Assembly (NCBI GenBank): GCA_963828735.1
Contig: CAWHFW010000005.1
Coordinates: 1,216,001-1,280,000 of the forward strand
Reading direction: 5' to 3'
Length of the DNA stretch: 64,000 nt
From: an uncultured Gemmatimonadales bacterium
GTDB taxonomy: Bacteria; Gemmatimonadota; Gemmatimonadetes; Gemmatimonadales; GWC2-71-9
Below are positions 1 through 8,950 of the stretch, piece after piece (position 1 is the first letter of the stretch; every line of letters starts with the position of its first letter). A program made the position numbers and the translations under genes. The notes below the pieces were generated by a model that saw only the letters and a list, made by a program, of their open reading frames with translations, did no database searches and had not been told where the DNA came from.

Positions 1-1
1 C

Positions 2-925
2 GCCGCCGGTCTGGATGCCCGCGCAGCCGGCGAGCTCGCGGGCGCGACCGCCGGCTTCGCCTACCTGCAGGCCTTGAGCGCGCGCGAGACCGTGCGGGCC
101 CGCGAGGCCGACAGCACGATCGCGGCGACCCTGCTCGACCAGGCCCGCCAGCTGGTGGGCGCTGGCGTGAGCCCGGCCATCGACCAGACCCGAAGCGAGG
201 TGAGCTTCGCGTCCGTGCGGACGCAGCTCGAGCTGGCGCGGAACGCGGCGAACCGGTCCCGCCTCGATCTCCTGCGCACGCTCGACCTGCCCTCCGGTAC
301 CCGGATCGAGCTGGCCGACTCTCTCGGCCCCGGCGCGCTGGACTTGCCGCTCGATCCGGATTCAGCCGCCGGATTCGCGCGTGAGCATCGGGCCGAGCTC
401 GCAGCGGAGCGGGCGCGGACGCAGGCGGCCCACCGTTCGCTGGGAGCCATTCGCGCCGAGTACCTGCCGAGCCTCGGCCTGAGCGGCCAGTACCAGCAGA
501 CGGGTCAGACGACGGGCAGTCTCGCGGGGACGTACAACGTCCAGCTCCAGCTCACCGTCCCGATCCTCGACGGCTTCCGTCGGCAGAATCGGGTCGAGGA
601 ACAGGACCTTCGCGTGCAGATCCAGGAGATCCGCGAGCGGGACCTGGTCAATCAGGTGGAGACCGAGGCCAGGCAGGCGGTGCTCGACGTCGCCTCGGCC
701 CAGCAACAGGTGGCCATCGCCGGCGACCGCCTGCGTCTCGCCGAGCAGGAGCTGGCGCAAGCGCAGCAGCGCTTCCAGGCTGGCGTCGCGGGAAGCGTCG
801 AGACGACGAACGCGCAGAGCTCGGTGATCTCGGCGCGCGACGCGCTGATTCAGGCGAGGGTCAACTTCGGCACCGCTCGCGTCAGCGCGTATCGCTCGCT
901 CGGCGTGATCGACCAGCTGCATTAA
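2..925 (+). CDS. TolC-family outer membrane efflux protein (5' truncated by window edge)
   Basis: Open frame from the window start. OEP-type helical repeats (YLPSLGLSGQY...VPILDGFRR...AQQRFQAG). Directly upstream of EmrA/EmrB homologs. Confidence 0.85.
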   Translation, partial: AAGLDARAAGELAGATAGFAYLQALSARETVRAREADSTIAATLLDQARQLVGAGVSPAIDQTRSEVSFASVRTQLELARNAANRSRLDLLRTLDLPSGTRIELADSLGPGALDLPLDPDSAAGFAREHRAELAAERARTQAAHRSLGAIRAEYLPSLGLSGQYQQTGQTTGSLAGTYNVQLQLTVPILDGFRRQNRVEEQDLRVQIQEIRERDLVNQVETEARQAVLDVASAQQQVAIAGDRLRLAEQELAQAQQRFQAGVAGSVETTNAQSSVISARDALIQARVNFGTARVSAYRSLGVIDQLH

Positions 926-964
926 CCGCGCTTCGGCGCAACGAGAAACGCGACGAGAACGACT

Positions 965-2062
965 ATGGCAACCGATATCGCGATGGACGTGCCGGCCACG
1001 GCGGAGCCCGCCACCACGCGGAGCTGGACGCGCCGCATTCCCCTGGTGATCGGGGTGCTCCTGGTGATCGCGCTCGCCACCTGGGGCGTACGCCGGTGGG
1101 TCTACAGCCGGACTCATGTGAGCACCGACAATGCGCAGGTGGACGGCCACATCACGGCCATCGCCCCGCGCATCGCGGGATTCATCGACCGCGTTCTGGT
1201 GGACGAGAACCAACACGTGAGGTTGGGCGACACGCTCGTCGTGCTCGACCGGCGGGACCTGATCAACCGCGTGGAGCAGGCCGAGGCGGACCTTCGGAAC
1301 GCGCAGGCGGCCGTAGGCTCGCGCAAAGCCGCCGGCCAGGCGCAGGCACAGCTCCAGGCCACGCGTGCCGAGGCGGCATCGGCACAGGCTTCGATCGCCG
1401 CGGCCGAAGCGAACTACCACCAGGCCAGCGCCGACTACGAGCGCTATCGCGGACTCGCCGCGTCCAAGATCATCTCCGCCCAGCAGCTCGACGCAGCCGA
1501 GAGCGCGCGTGACGCCGCGGCGGCCAATCTCGAGGCTGCGCGGCGGCAGGCTGCCGCCGCCGGAAGCCAGGTCTCGGCCTCCGGCGCCGCGCTCCGGGGC
1601 GCCGACGCGCGCCTCGCCGCGGCGCAGTCCGCCGTGGACAACGCGAAGCTTCAGCTCAGCTACGCAACGCTGCTCGCGCCGAACTCCGGCGTCGTGGCCA
1701 AGCGAAATGCGGAGCCGGGGGCGCTGGTGCAGGTCGGGCAGAACCTGCTCTCGCTCGTTCCGGAGGAGGATGTCTGGGTCACCGCGAATCTCAAGGAGAC
1801 GCAGCTCGCCAAGGTGGCGGTGGGTGACGACGCCGAGTTCAGCGTGGACGCGTACCCCGGTCGGACGTTCCGTGGCAAGGTGGAAAGCTTGAGCCCGGCG
1901 ACGGGGGCCCGGTTCTCCCTGCTTCCCCCGGACAATGCGACCGGGAACTTCACCAAGGTCGTGCAGCGCGTTCCGGTGCGCGTCGCGGTGGACAACACGA
2001 CGGACGCAACCCACCCGCTGCGCCCGGGGATGTCGGTCGAAGTCACGATCACGACCCGCTGA
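965..2062 (+). CDS. emrA: HlyD/EmrA-family membrane fusion protein
   Basis: N-terminal TM, STDNAQVDG, coiled coil, and the EmrA signature FSLLPPDNATGNFTKVVQRVPV. Confidence 0.92.
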   Translation: MATDIAMDVPATAEPATTRSWTRRIPLVIGVLLVIALATWGVRRWVYSRTHVSTDNAQVDGHITAIAPRIAGFIDRVLVDENQHVRLGDTLVVLDRRDLINRVEQAEADLRNAQAAVGSRKAAGQAQAQLQATRAEAASAQASIAAAEANYHQASADYERYRGLAASKIISAQQLDAAESARDAAAANLEAARRQAAAAGSQVSASGAALRGADARLAAAQSAVDNAKLQLSYATLLAPNSGVVAKRNAEPGALVQVGQNLLSLVPEEDVWVTANLKETQLAKVAVGDDAEFSVDAYPGRTFRGKVESLSPATGARFSLLPPDNATGNFTKVVQRVPVRVAVDNTTDATHPLRPGMSVEVTITTR

Positions 2063-2072
2063 CGGACCGATC

Positions 2073-3656
2073 GTGGCCACCCTGGCGCTGCCGGCCCGCC
2101 CGCCGGTGCTTTCCCGCGAGCAGATCTATCGCTCGCGCTACCTCATCGCGTTCGCGGTGACGCTCGCGAGTGTGCTCGAGCTGGTCGACACGAGCATCGT
2201 CAACGTCGCAATCCCGCATATGATGGGCAACCTGGGCGCGACCCTCGACGAGGTCGCTTGGGTGAGCACCGGCTACATTGTCGCCAACGTGATCGTGCTG
2301 CCGCTGACGAGCTGGTTCTCGGACCGGTTCGGGCGACGGAACTACTACACCGGCTCCATCCTGCTCTTCACCCTCGCGTCGTTCTTCTGCGGAGCCGCCC
2401 GTTCGCTCGAGGGGCTGGTGCTCTGGCGGGTGATCCAGGGCATCGGCGGCGGCGCGCTGATCAGCACCGCCCAGGCCATCCTGTTCGACGTCTTCCCGGT
2501 GCGCGAGCGCGGGACCGCCATGGCCATCTTCGGCATGGGCGTGATGGTCGGTCCCACCCTGGGGCCCACGCTCGGCGGCTGGATCACCGACAACTACTCC
2601 TGGCCCTGGATCTTCTACATCAACGTGCCCCTCGGCCTCCTCGCCGCGGGGCTGACATGGCGGTCGGTGCCGGAGCCCGCGCACCTGATTCGCCGCACAC
2701 GCGTGGATTGGCCTGGCCTGGCCCTGCTGATCGTGGGCATCGGGTCACTGCAGGTTCTGCTGGAGCGCGGCGAGAGCAAGGACTGGTTCGATTCGCGGGA
2801 GATCATCATGGAGGCCGCGGCGGCCGCGATCGGGCTGGCCGCGTTCGTCTGGCACGAGCTGAGGACCAGGGACCCGATCGTGGACCTGCGGATCCTGCGC
2901 AACCGACAGCTCGCCGGCGGAGTCACCTTCGCCGTGATCTTGGGCTTCGCGCTCTACTCCAGCGTTTTCGCGCTCCCGGTCTTCCTCCAGAACCTTCTCG
3001 GCTACTCGGCCTGGGACACGGGCCGCGTGATTCTTCCCGGCGCCATCGCGAGCGCCTTCACGATGGCGTTGATGGGTCGCCTGAGCGCCCGGGTCGACGC
3101 GCGCCTCCTGGTGACGACCGGAGTGCTGCTGTTCCTCTGGTCGATGTGGCTCCACTACCACCTGACCACCGCGATCGGGGTTCACGACCTCTTCTGGCCC
3201 ATGGTGCTGCGCGGCGTGGGGCTCGGGTTCATCTTCGTGCCACTCACGGGAGCGTCGGTCGCGGACCTGCGGCCGGACCAGCTCGCCCAGGGGACGGGGC
3301 TGTTCAATCTCTCCCGTCAGCTCGGCGGCAGCTTCGGCATCGCCGTGACGGCGACACTGCTCTCACGATTCACCGAACAGAGTCGCGAGGCGTTGCTGCC
3401 GCATCTTGCGACCGGGAGCCCTGCGGCCACCAGCTGGCTGGAGCAGGCCACCAGGCGTCTCGTCGCCCTCGGCGGCTCGCTGCCGGAAGCCCAGCAACGA
3501 GCCCAGGCCTTGCTCGAGGCCACGCTTCGGCAACAGGCGTCCATGGTGGCGTTCGAGAAGGTGTTCCTTACCATGGGCATCACCTTCGTGGCGGCGTTGC
3601 CTCTCCTGCTCCTGTTCCGCACCGGCCGGGTCCGTGGAGGCGCGGCGGCCCACTGA
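2073..3656 (+). CDS. emrB: DHA2-family MFS efflux permease (EmrB/QacA)
   Basis: LELVDTSIVNVAIP, WVSTGY, GPTLGPTLGGWITDNYSWPWIFYINVP, many TM segments. GTG start chosen just after the emrA stop. Confidence 0.92.
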   Translation: MATLALPARPPVLSREQIYRSRYLIAFAVTLASVLELVDTSIVNVAIPHMMGNLGATLDEVAWVSTGYIVANVIVLPLTSWFSDRFGRRNYYTGSILLFTLASFFCGAARSLEGLVLWRVIQGIGGGALISTAQAILFDVFPVRERGTAMAIFGMGVMVGPTLGPTLGGWITDNYSWPWIFYINVPLGLLAAGLTWRSVPEPAHLIRRTRVDWPGLALLIVGIGSLQVLLERGESKDWFDSREIIMEAAAAAIGLAAFVWHELRTRDPIVDLRILRNRQLAGGVTFAVILGFALYSSVFALPVFLQNLLGYSAWDTGRVILPGAIASAFTMALMGRLSARVDARLLVTTGVLLFLWSMWLHYHLTTAIGVHDLFWPMVLRGVGLGFIFVPLTGASVADLRPDQLAQGTGLFNLSRQLGGSFGIAVTATLLSRFTEQSREALLPHLATGSPAATSWLEQATRRLVALGGSLPEAQQRAQALLEATLRQQASMVAFEKVFLTMGITFVAALPLLLLFRTGRVRGGAAAH

Positions 3657-3740
3657 CGGGCGCCTCGGCCTGACGGTCGCGTCGAGCGACGCACTTCCGG
3701 GTACCCGTGCGCCCCTTCCGGCGGCGGGTATGTTTGATTC

Positions 3741-5195
3741 GTGACCTTCCAGCGGAAGCTCCTCTTCGGTTTCTCTCTTATGGTCCTCCCCGCCCTGCTC
3801 GTCGGGGCGGAGGCCATTCGCAGCAACTCGCTGGAGCGTCGGGCGCTCACGGCGCTCGGCGAGAGCATGGCGCGGACCCGCACCTACGCCGAGCTCGAGA
3901 CCGCGATGTTCGATCAGACCGAGCTGGTTTGGCGCTACCTCAGCGGCCTCGACGCCACCGCCCGGCAGGAGTTCGTGCTCACCGGGCAGGTGGTGGACTA
4001 CTGGCAGGACCGCTGGCGGGCCGAGCTCAAGCCGGGGGAGGTGGCGCTGGCGGATGGGGTGGCCGGCATCCAGCGTCAGATCGTGGCCGTGTCGGACAGC
4101 GTCTTCCACCTTGCGGACGCCGGCCACCGCGTCGAGGCGTACCGCCTCGCTCAGCGTGAGCTCAAGGGCCGGCTGCAACCCGCGCTCACCCAGATGAACC
4201 GGGAGATTTATCGGCGCGCCCGCGAGTCCAGCGTGAAGGGAGCCTACAGCCGCCTCGAGGAGATCCTGGCGGCCGAAGGCCGCACGCTGGTAGCCATTAT
4301 CGCGCTCTCGCTCGCGGCGGGCCTCGCGGCGAGCTGGCTCATCTCGCGAAGCCTCGCCCGACCGGTCGCTAACCTCACGCGCGCCATGGCGGTCGTCGGC
4401 GGGGGCGATCTCGATCACCCCATCCAGGCCACTTCGCGCGACGAGATCGGGGATCTCGCCCGCGCGCTGGAACGAATGACCGCCAAGCTCCGGGAGTCGC
4501 GCCAGCAGTTGGTCCAGGCAGAGAAGCTCGCCTCCATCGGTGAGATGTCGGCGGCGGTGGCGCACGGCCTCAGGAATCCGCTCGCGAGCCTCCGGGCGGC
4601 GGCCCAGCTGGTGCGGCGCCACCCCGGCTCGCCGTCCGCCACGGAGCACCTCGATGCCATCATCGAGGAGGTGGACCGGCTGGACCGCCGCATCAGCCAC
4701 CTGCTCAGCTTCAGTCGCCCGGCGCCGTTCCACCCGGTGAGCGAGAGTGTGCCGCGGCTCATCGAGGAGCTCCTGCCCGCGGTCGCCCAGCCCATCCACG
4801 AGCAGCATGTGGATCTGGAAATGGCGGTCCCGGCGACACTTCCGCAGGTGAGGGTGGATCCCATGCAGGTCGAGCAGGCCATCCTGGAGATCGTCTCCAA
4901 CGCGCTCGACGCGATGCCTAGGGGCGGAAAGCTCCGGATCGGCGCCTTCGTGTCCGACGGCGCGGAGCCCGGCGCTGTCGTGGTGGAAGTGACGGACACC
5001 GGCGGCGGCATCCCGGACCACGTGTTGCCGTCCGTGTGCGAGCCGTTCTTCACGACGCGACAGGAGGGGACCGGTCTTGGCCTGGCGATCGCGAAACGCT
5101 ATGTGGAGATGAACGGCGGCCGCCTCGAGATCGCGAGCCGCGCCGGCGTCGGCACCACCGTGCGGGTCCGCCTGCCGACGGAGCACGCCCCATGA
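3741..5195 (+). CDS. Membrane sensor histidine kinase (periplasmic helical domain, HAMP, HisKA, HATPase)
   Basis: Two TMs, HAMP (SRDEIGDLA), H-box AHGLRNPL, N-box NALDAM, G-boxes DTGGGI and GTGLGL. Confidence 0.92.
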   Translation: MTFQRKLLFGFSLMVLPALLVGAEAIRSNSLERRALTALGESMARTRTYAELETAMFDQTELVWRYLSGLDATARQEFVLTGQVVDYWQDRWRAELKPGEVALADGVAGIQRQIVAVSDSVFHLADAGHRVEAYRLAQRELKGRLQPALTQMNREIYRRARESSVKGAYSRLEEILAAEGRTLVAIIALSLAAGLAASWLISRSLARPVANLTRAMAVVGGGDLDHPIQATSRDEIGDLARALERMTAKLRESRQQLVQAEKLASIGEMSAAVAHGLRNPLASLRAAAQLVRRHPGSPSATEHLDAIIEEVDRLDRRISHLLSFSRPAPFHPVSESVPRLIEELLPAVAQPIHEQHVDLEMAVPATLPQVRVDPMQVEQAILEIVSNALDAMPRGGKLRIGAFVSDGAEPGAVVVEVTDTGGGIPDHVLPSVCEPFFTTRQEGTGLGLAIAKRYVEMNGGRLEIASRAGVGTTVRVRLPTEHAP

Positions 5196-6604
5196 GCGGC
5201 TCGACCGTACTGATCGTAGACGACGAGCGCACGCTCGCGCGCGCGATCAGGGCCTTTCTCACCGAATCCGGATATGAGGCTGAGGTCGCCGGCGATGCGG
5301 AGCAGGCGCTCCGGCTGCTCGAGACGATGAAGCCCGACGTCGTGTTCACCGACGTCCGGCTGCCGGGCATGAACGGGATCGACCTGTTGCGCCGCATCCG
5401 GGAGTTCGACCCCGCCATTCCCGTGATCATCATGACGGCGCACGGCACGATCGAGGGCGCCGTCGAGGCCGTGAAGCTCGGGGCCTTCGACTATCTCAAG
5501 AAGCCGGTGGACCTGGAGGAGCTCCGACTGCTGGCTGACCGGGCCCGCGAGAACTCGCAGCTCCGGCAGGAGCTCAGCTACTACCGCCGGCGCGACGCCG
5601 CGCGAGAAACGCCGCTGGCGGGCGTGATCGGTGACTCGCCCGCGATTCGGGCCGTGCTCGATCAGGCCCGGCAGATTGCCGCGCTCGACGAGACGCCGCC
5701 GGTCCTCATCATCGGGGAGACCGGAACCGGCAAGGGTCTGGTGGCCCGGATGATTCACGGCGCGAGCCCCCGATCGGCCAAGCCGTTCATCGAAGTGAAT
5801 TGCACCGCGATCCCATCCACGCTCATGGAAGCCGAGCTGTTCGGCCACGAGCGCGGCGCGTTCACCGACGCGAAGGAGTCGCGGATGGGCCTCTTCGAGG
5901 CGGCGGACGGCGGGTTTCTGTTCCTCGACGAGGTGGGCGACGTGGAGTTGAGCCTGCAAGGGAAGCTGCTGAAGGCGGTGGAGGACCGGACCATCCGCCG
6001 GGTCGGCGGCATTCGCGACCGCCGGATCGATGTGCGCATCATGGCGGCAACCAATCGCGATCTCGAGCGCGACGCGCAGCGCGAGCAGTTCCGGAGGGAT
6101 CTCTATTTCCGTCTCGCCGTGATCATCCTGCATTTGCCGCCTCTGCGCGAGCGGGGCAACGACGTCCTGGTCCTCGCGCAGCACTACCTCGATCGGTTCA
6201 ACGCGAAGTATGGAAAACAGGTGCGGCAGATCGATCCTCGGGCCCGCGAGCTGCTCTTGGCCAACCCCTGGCCCGGCAACGTCCGCGAGCTGAGCCACGT
6301 GATCGAGCGCGCGGTGCTCTGGAGCCGGGGAGCGACGCTCGACGCGGAGCACCTGTCTCTCGCGACGCCCGTCCCCGTGGCCGAGACGGCCGAGCTGCCG
6401 GCCGAGCCGGTGCCGCCGCCTGAGGCGGTGGTTGCTGGGGCGCCCGGCCTCCCGCCAACCGGGATGGATCTCGAGGGATGGGAAAGGGCTATGATCGAGC
6501 AGGCGCTCCGCGAGTGCGAGGGCAATCAGACACGGGCGGCACAGCGGCTTGGAATCAGCCGCGACACCCTGCGGTATCGGCTCAAGAAGTTCGGCCTCTC
6601 CTAG
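5192..6604 (+). CDS. Sigma-54-dependent response regulator (REC-AAA+-Fis HTH, NtrC family)
   Basis: REC domain (LIVDDE, DVRLP), Walker A GETGTGK, GAFTDA loop, Walker B FLDEV, WPGNVREL, HTH GNQTRAAQRLGISR. ATGA overlap with the kinase stop. Confidence 0.93.
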   Translation: MSGSTVLIVDDERTLARAIRAFLTESGYEAEVAGDAEQALRLLETMKPDVVFTDVRLPGMNGIDLLRRIREFDPAIPVIIMTAHGTIEGAVEAVKLGAFDYLKKPVDLEELRLLADRARENSQLRQELSYYRRRDAARETPLAGVIGDSPAIRAVLDQARQIAALDETPPVLIIGETGTGKGLVARMIHGASPRSAKPFIEVNCTAIPSTLMEAELFGHERGAFTDAKESRMGLFEAADGGFLFLDEVGDVELSLQGKLLKAVEDRTIRRVGGIRDRRIDVRIMAATNRDLERDAQREQFRRDLYFRLAVIILHLPPLRERGNDVLVLAQHYLDRFNAKYGKQVRQIDPRARELLLANPWPGNVRELSHVIERAVLWSRGATLDAEHLSLATPVPVAETAELPAEPVPPPEAVVAGAPGLPPTGMDLEGWERAMIEQALRECEGNQTRAAQRLGISRDTLRYRLKKFGLS

Positions 6605-6613
6605 AATCGGCGC

Positions 6614-6647
6614 TGGGTGGAATCACCCAATTGGGTGAGATCCCCCA
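6614..6647. promoter_or_regulatory. Tandem palindromic operator pair TGGGTG-N4-CACCCA (putative upstream activator sites)
   Basis: TGGGTG-GAAT-CACCCA at 6614-6629 and TGGGTG-AGAT-CCCCCA at 6632-6647, about 100-135 bp upstream of a -24/-12 element. Confidence 0.7.
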
Positions 6648-6747
6648 CTCATTGCCGATCCGCGCGCCGCGGCTTGCCGCTCGGTTGCTGCGTTGCAACT
6701 CCTTTACCAACTTGTGATTGCACGTCGATGCCAGCTCAGTGCCGTTT

Positions 6748-6764
6748 TCGGCACGCGCTCTGCA
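6748..6764 (+). promoter_or_regulatory. Sigma-54 (-24/-12) promoter of the pqq operon
   Basis: TCGGCACGCGCTCTGCA: GG(6750-6751)-N10-GC(6762-6763), close to TGGCAC-N5-TTGCA. Lies next to a sigma-54 activator gene. Confidence 0.75.
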
Positions 6765-6801
6765 TTTGAGCGGGCGTCGTCGGGTTATCTCTGAATCCGA
6801 C

Positions 6802-6817
6802 TGGGTGGCAACACCCA
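6802..6817. promoter_or_regulatory. Third TGGGTG-N4-CACCCA palindrome, in the pqqA leader
   Basis: TGGGTG-GCAA-CACCCA, with the same arms as the 6614 site. Confidence 0.65.
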
Positions 6818-6868
6818 ATGTGAGTCAGGGCCAAGCCGGCCCCCCTTCAACCCCCGGAGGATTCGATC

Positions 6869-6943
6869 ATGAAGTGGACCAAGCCCGAGGCCGAAGTCGT
6901 GGCCGTCACGATGGAAGTCACCGCTTACGTCGCGACGCTCTAA
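6869..6943 (+). CDS. pqqA: PQQ precursor peptide PqqA (MKWTKPEAEVVAVTMEVTAYVATL)
   Basis: Translated by hand. GGAGG RBS at 6856-6860, N-terminal WxKP, ExxxY core (EVTAY), immediately upstream of pqqB. Confidence 0.95.
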   Translation: MKWTKPEAEVVAVTMEVTAYVATL

Positions 6944-6957
6944 GGTAAAGTGCTGAT

Positions 6958-6993
6958 CTGAGGGGCTCGCGAAAGCGGGCCCCTCAGTCTTTT
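6958..6993 (+). terminator. Stem-loop between pqqA and pqqB (partial terminator or mRNA stabiliser)
   Basis: CTGAGGGGCTCGC-GAAA-GCGGGCCCCTCAG: 13-bp stem with a GNRA loop, followed by TCTTTT. Confidence 0.75.
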
Positions 6994-7014
6994 CAGCCCC
7001 ACCGCCGCGCCAGA

Positions 7015-7923
7015 GTGCAGGTCGTTCTCCTCGGTACCGCCGCCGGCGGGGGATTCCCCCAATGGAATTGCTGGTGCCCCACATGCCGGATCGCGCGAAT
7101 CGATCCGCGGCGTGCTGTGCCGCGCACCCAGTCGTCGGCCGCGGTCAGCGCGGACGGCGAACGTTGGTTCCTGCTCAACGCGTCGCCGGACGTTCATGAC
7201 CAGCTGCGGTGGCTCTCCGTCCCGAACCCTGGTGCTGTCCGTCATGTGCCGGTCGAAGGCATCGTCTTGACCGACGCCGAGCTCGACCACACGCTTGGAC
7301 TGGTGCTCCTGCGCGAGGCTCGGCGGCTGCAAGTGGCCGCGACTGACGCGGTACGCCGGGTCCTCGAGGACGATTCGCGACTGCTGCCGGTCACGCGGGC
7401 GTTCGCCGAGGTCACCGTCACCGAGCTGGTGCCCGATCGAGGCGTGGGGCTCTGCTATCGCGACGGCACGGCGAGCGGCCTCCGGGTCACCTGCTTCCCG
7501 GTGCCGGCCGGACCGCCCCGGTTCGCCCGGGAGGACCAGCCAGGCCATACGGTGGGCCTCGTCATTCAGGATGAACGGTCCGGGGCCACGTGCGCCTTCG
7601 TGCCTGGCTGCGGCGGCCTCGACGAGGCGCTCTCGCGCCGCCTCGCGTCTGCCGATCTCGTCCTGTTCGATGGCACCTTCTGGACCGACGACGAACTGAT
7701 CCGCCTCGGGATCGGTGACCGCACCGCGCGGGAGATGGATCACGTACCCGTGTCGGGCGCTGATGGGAGCCTCGCCCGTCTGGGTACGTTACAGGCCAGG
7801 CAGCGGGTCTACACGCACATCAACAACACCAACCCCATGCTGCTCGAGGACGGACCCGAGCGGGACCAGGTCGAGCGAGCCGGTCTCCGGGTCGGCGTCG
7901 ACGGCATGCGATTCACCCTGTGA
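7015..7923 (+). CDS. pqqB: PQQ biosynthesis protein PqqB
   Basis: LGTAAGGGFPQWNCWCPTC, RTQSS, LLNASPD, DAELDH, FDGTFW, HINNTNP. Confidence 0.95.
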   Translation: MQVVLLGTAAGGGFPQWNCWCPTCRIARIDPRRAVPRTQSSAAVSADGERWFLLNASPDVHDQLRWLSVPNPGAVRHVPVEGIVLTDAELDHTLGLVLLREARRLQVAATDAVRRVLEDDSRLLPVTRAFAEVTVTELVPDRGVGLCYRDGTASGLRVTCFPVPAGPPRFAREDQPGHTVGLVIQDERSGATCAFVPGCGGLDEALSRRLASADLVLFDGTFWTDDELIRLGIGDRTAREMDHVPVSGADGSLARLGTLQARQRVYTHINNTNPMLLEDGPERDQVERAGLRVGVDGMRFTL

Positions 7924-7931
7924 CCAGGCTC

Positions 7932-8685
7932 ATGACCACGACGCTCACCGCTTCGCAGCTCGCGACCCCGCCTCGACCTCCGATTCCCGCGCTCGAGCGC
8001 CCCCTCAGTCCGGCGGAGCTGGAGGACGCCCTGCGATCCTTCCACGGCTCGTACTACGTGCAGCACCCGTTCCACCAGCTGATGTACGCGGGCAAGCTGT
8101 CACAGCGGGCAGTTCCAGGGCTGGGCTGCCAACCGGCTCGCCTACCAGCGCGTGGTGCCCCGGAAGGACGCCGCGATCCTTTCCAATTGCCCGGATCCCG
8201 AGGTCCGCCGCGAGTGGATCCAGCGGATCGTGGATCACGATGGCGCGTCCCCCGGCACCGGCGGCATCGAGATGTGGATCCGGCTGGGCATCGCGCTCGG
8301 CGTACCGCGGGAGGAGATGGAGGATGAGCGCCACGTGCTGCCGGCCGTGCGGCTCATCTGCGAGTCGTACGTGACCTTCTGCAAGAGCAAGCCGTGGCAG
8401 GAAGCCTGCGCCTCGTCCCTCACCGAGCTGTTCGCGCCAAAGATTCACCAGCAGCGGATCGAGGCCTTCCCGGTCCACTATCCATGGATCCCGCCCGAGG
8501 GGCTCGACTACTTCAAGAGCCGCCTGGTGCAGGCGCCGCGCGACGTGAGTCACGGGCTTCGCATCGTCCGCGCATGGGCCACCACGCCGGAGCGCCAGCG
8601 CAAGGTGTTCGAGGCGCTCGCGTTCAAGCTCGAGATGCTGTGGGCGATGATCGACACCATCCACAATGCCTACCGCGAGGATTGA
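7932..8685 (+). pseudogene. pqqC: PQQ synthase PqqC, split by a +1 frameshift near 8107-8109 (pseudogene or sequencing error)
   Basis: First frame reads YYVQHPFH...GKLSQR. Deleting one G from CGGG restores QFQGWAANRLAYQRVVPRKDAAILSNCPD...RIVDHDG...ELFAPKIH...YFKSR...FKLEMLW. Confidence 0.85.
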
Positions 8686-8686
8686 A

Positions 8687-8950
8687 GTGGCGCTTTCGCC
8701 GGACGCGGTGCCCCGGATCTGGCGCCTGGCGCGGCTGGACTATGATCCGGCACGCCAGCGGCCGGTGCTGCTCTATCCCGAGGGCGCGGTGCTGCTCAAC
8801 GAGACCGGCCGCGCCATCCTCGAGCTGGTCGACGGCACCCGCACCGTCGCGCAGATCGCCGCCGAGCTGAGCGAGCGTTACCAGACCGACGTCGCGGCCG
8901 ACGTGACCGAGTACCTGTCGCAGCTGGCCGAGAGAGAGCTGATCCAATGA
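8687..8950 (+). CDS. pqqD: PqqA-binding chaperone PqqD
   Basis: RLDYDPARQRPVLLYPEGAVLLNETG...ILELVDGTRTV. GTG start after GAGGA. Confidence 0.93.
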   Translation: MALSPDAVPRIWRLARLDYDPARQRPVLLYPEGAVLLNETGRAILELVDGTRTVAQIAAELSERYQTDVAADVTEYLSQLAERELIQ

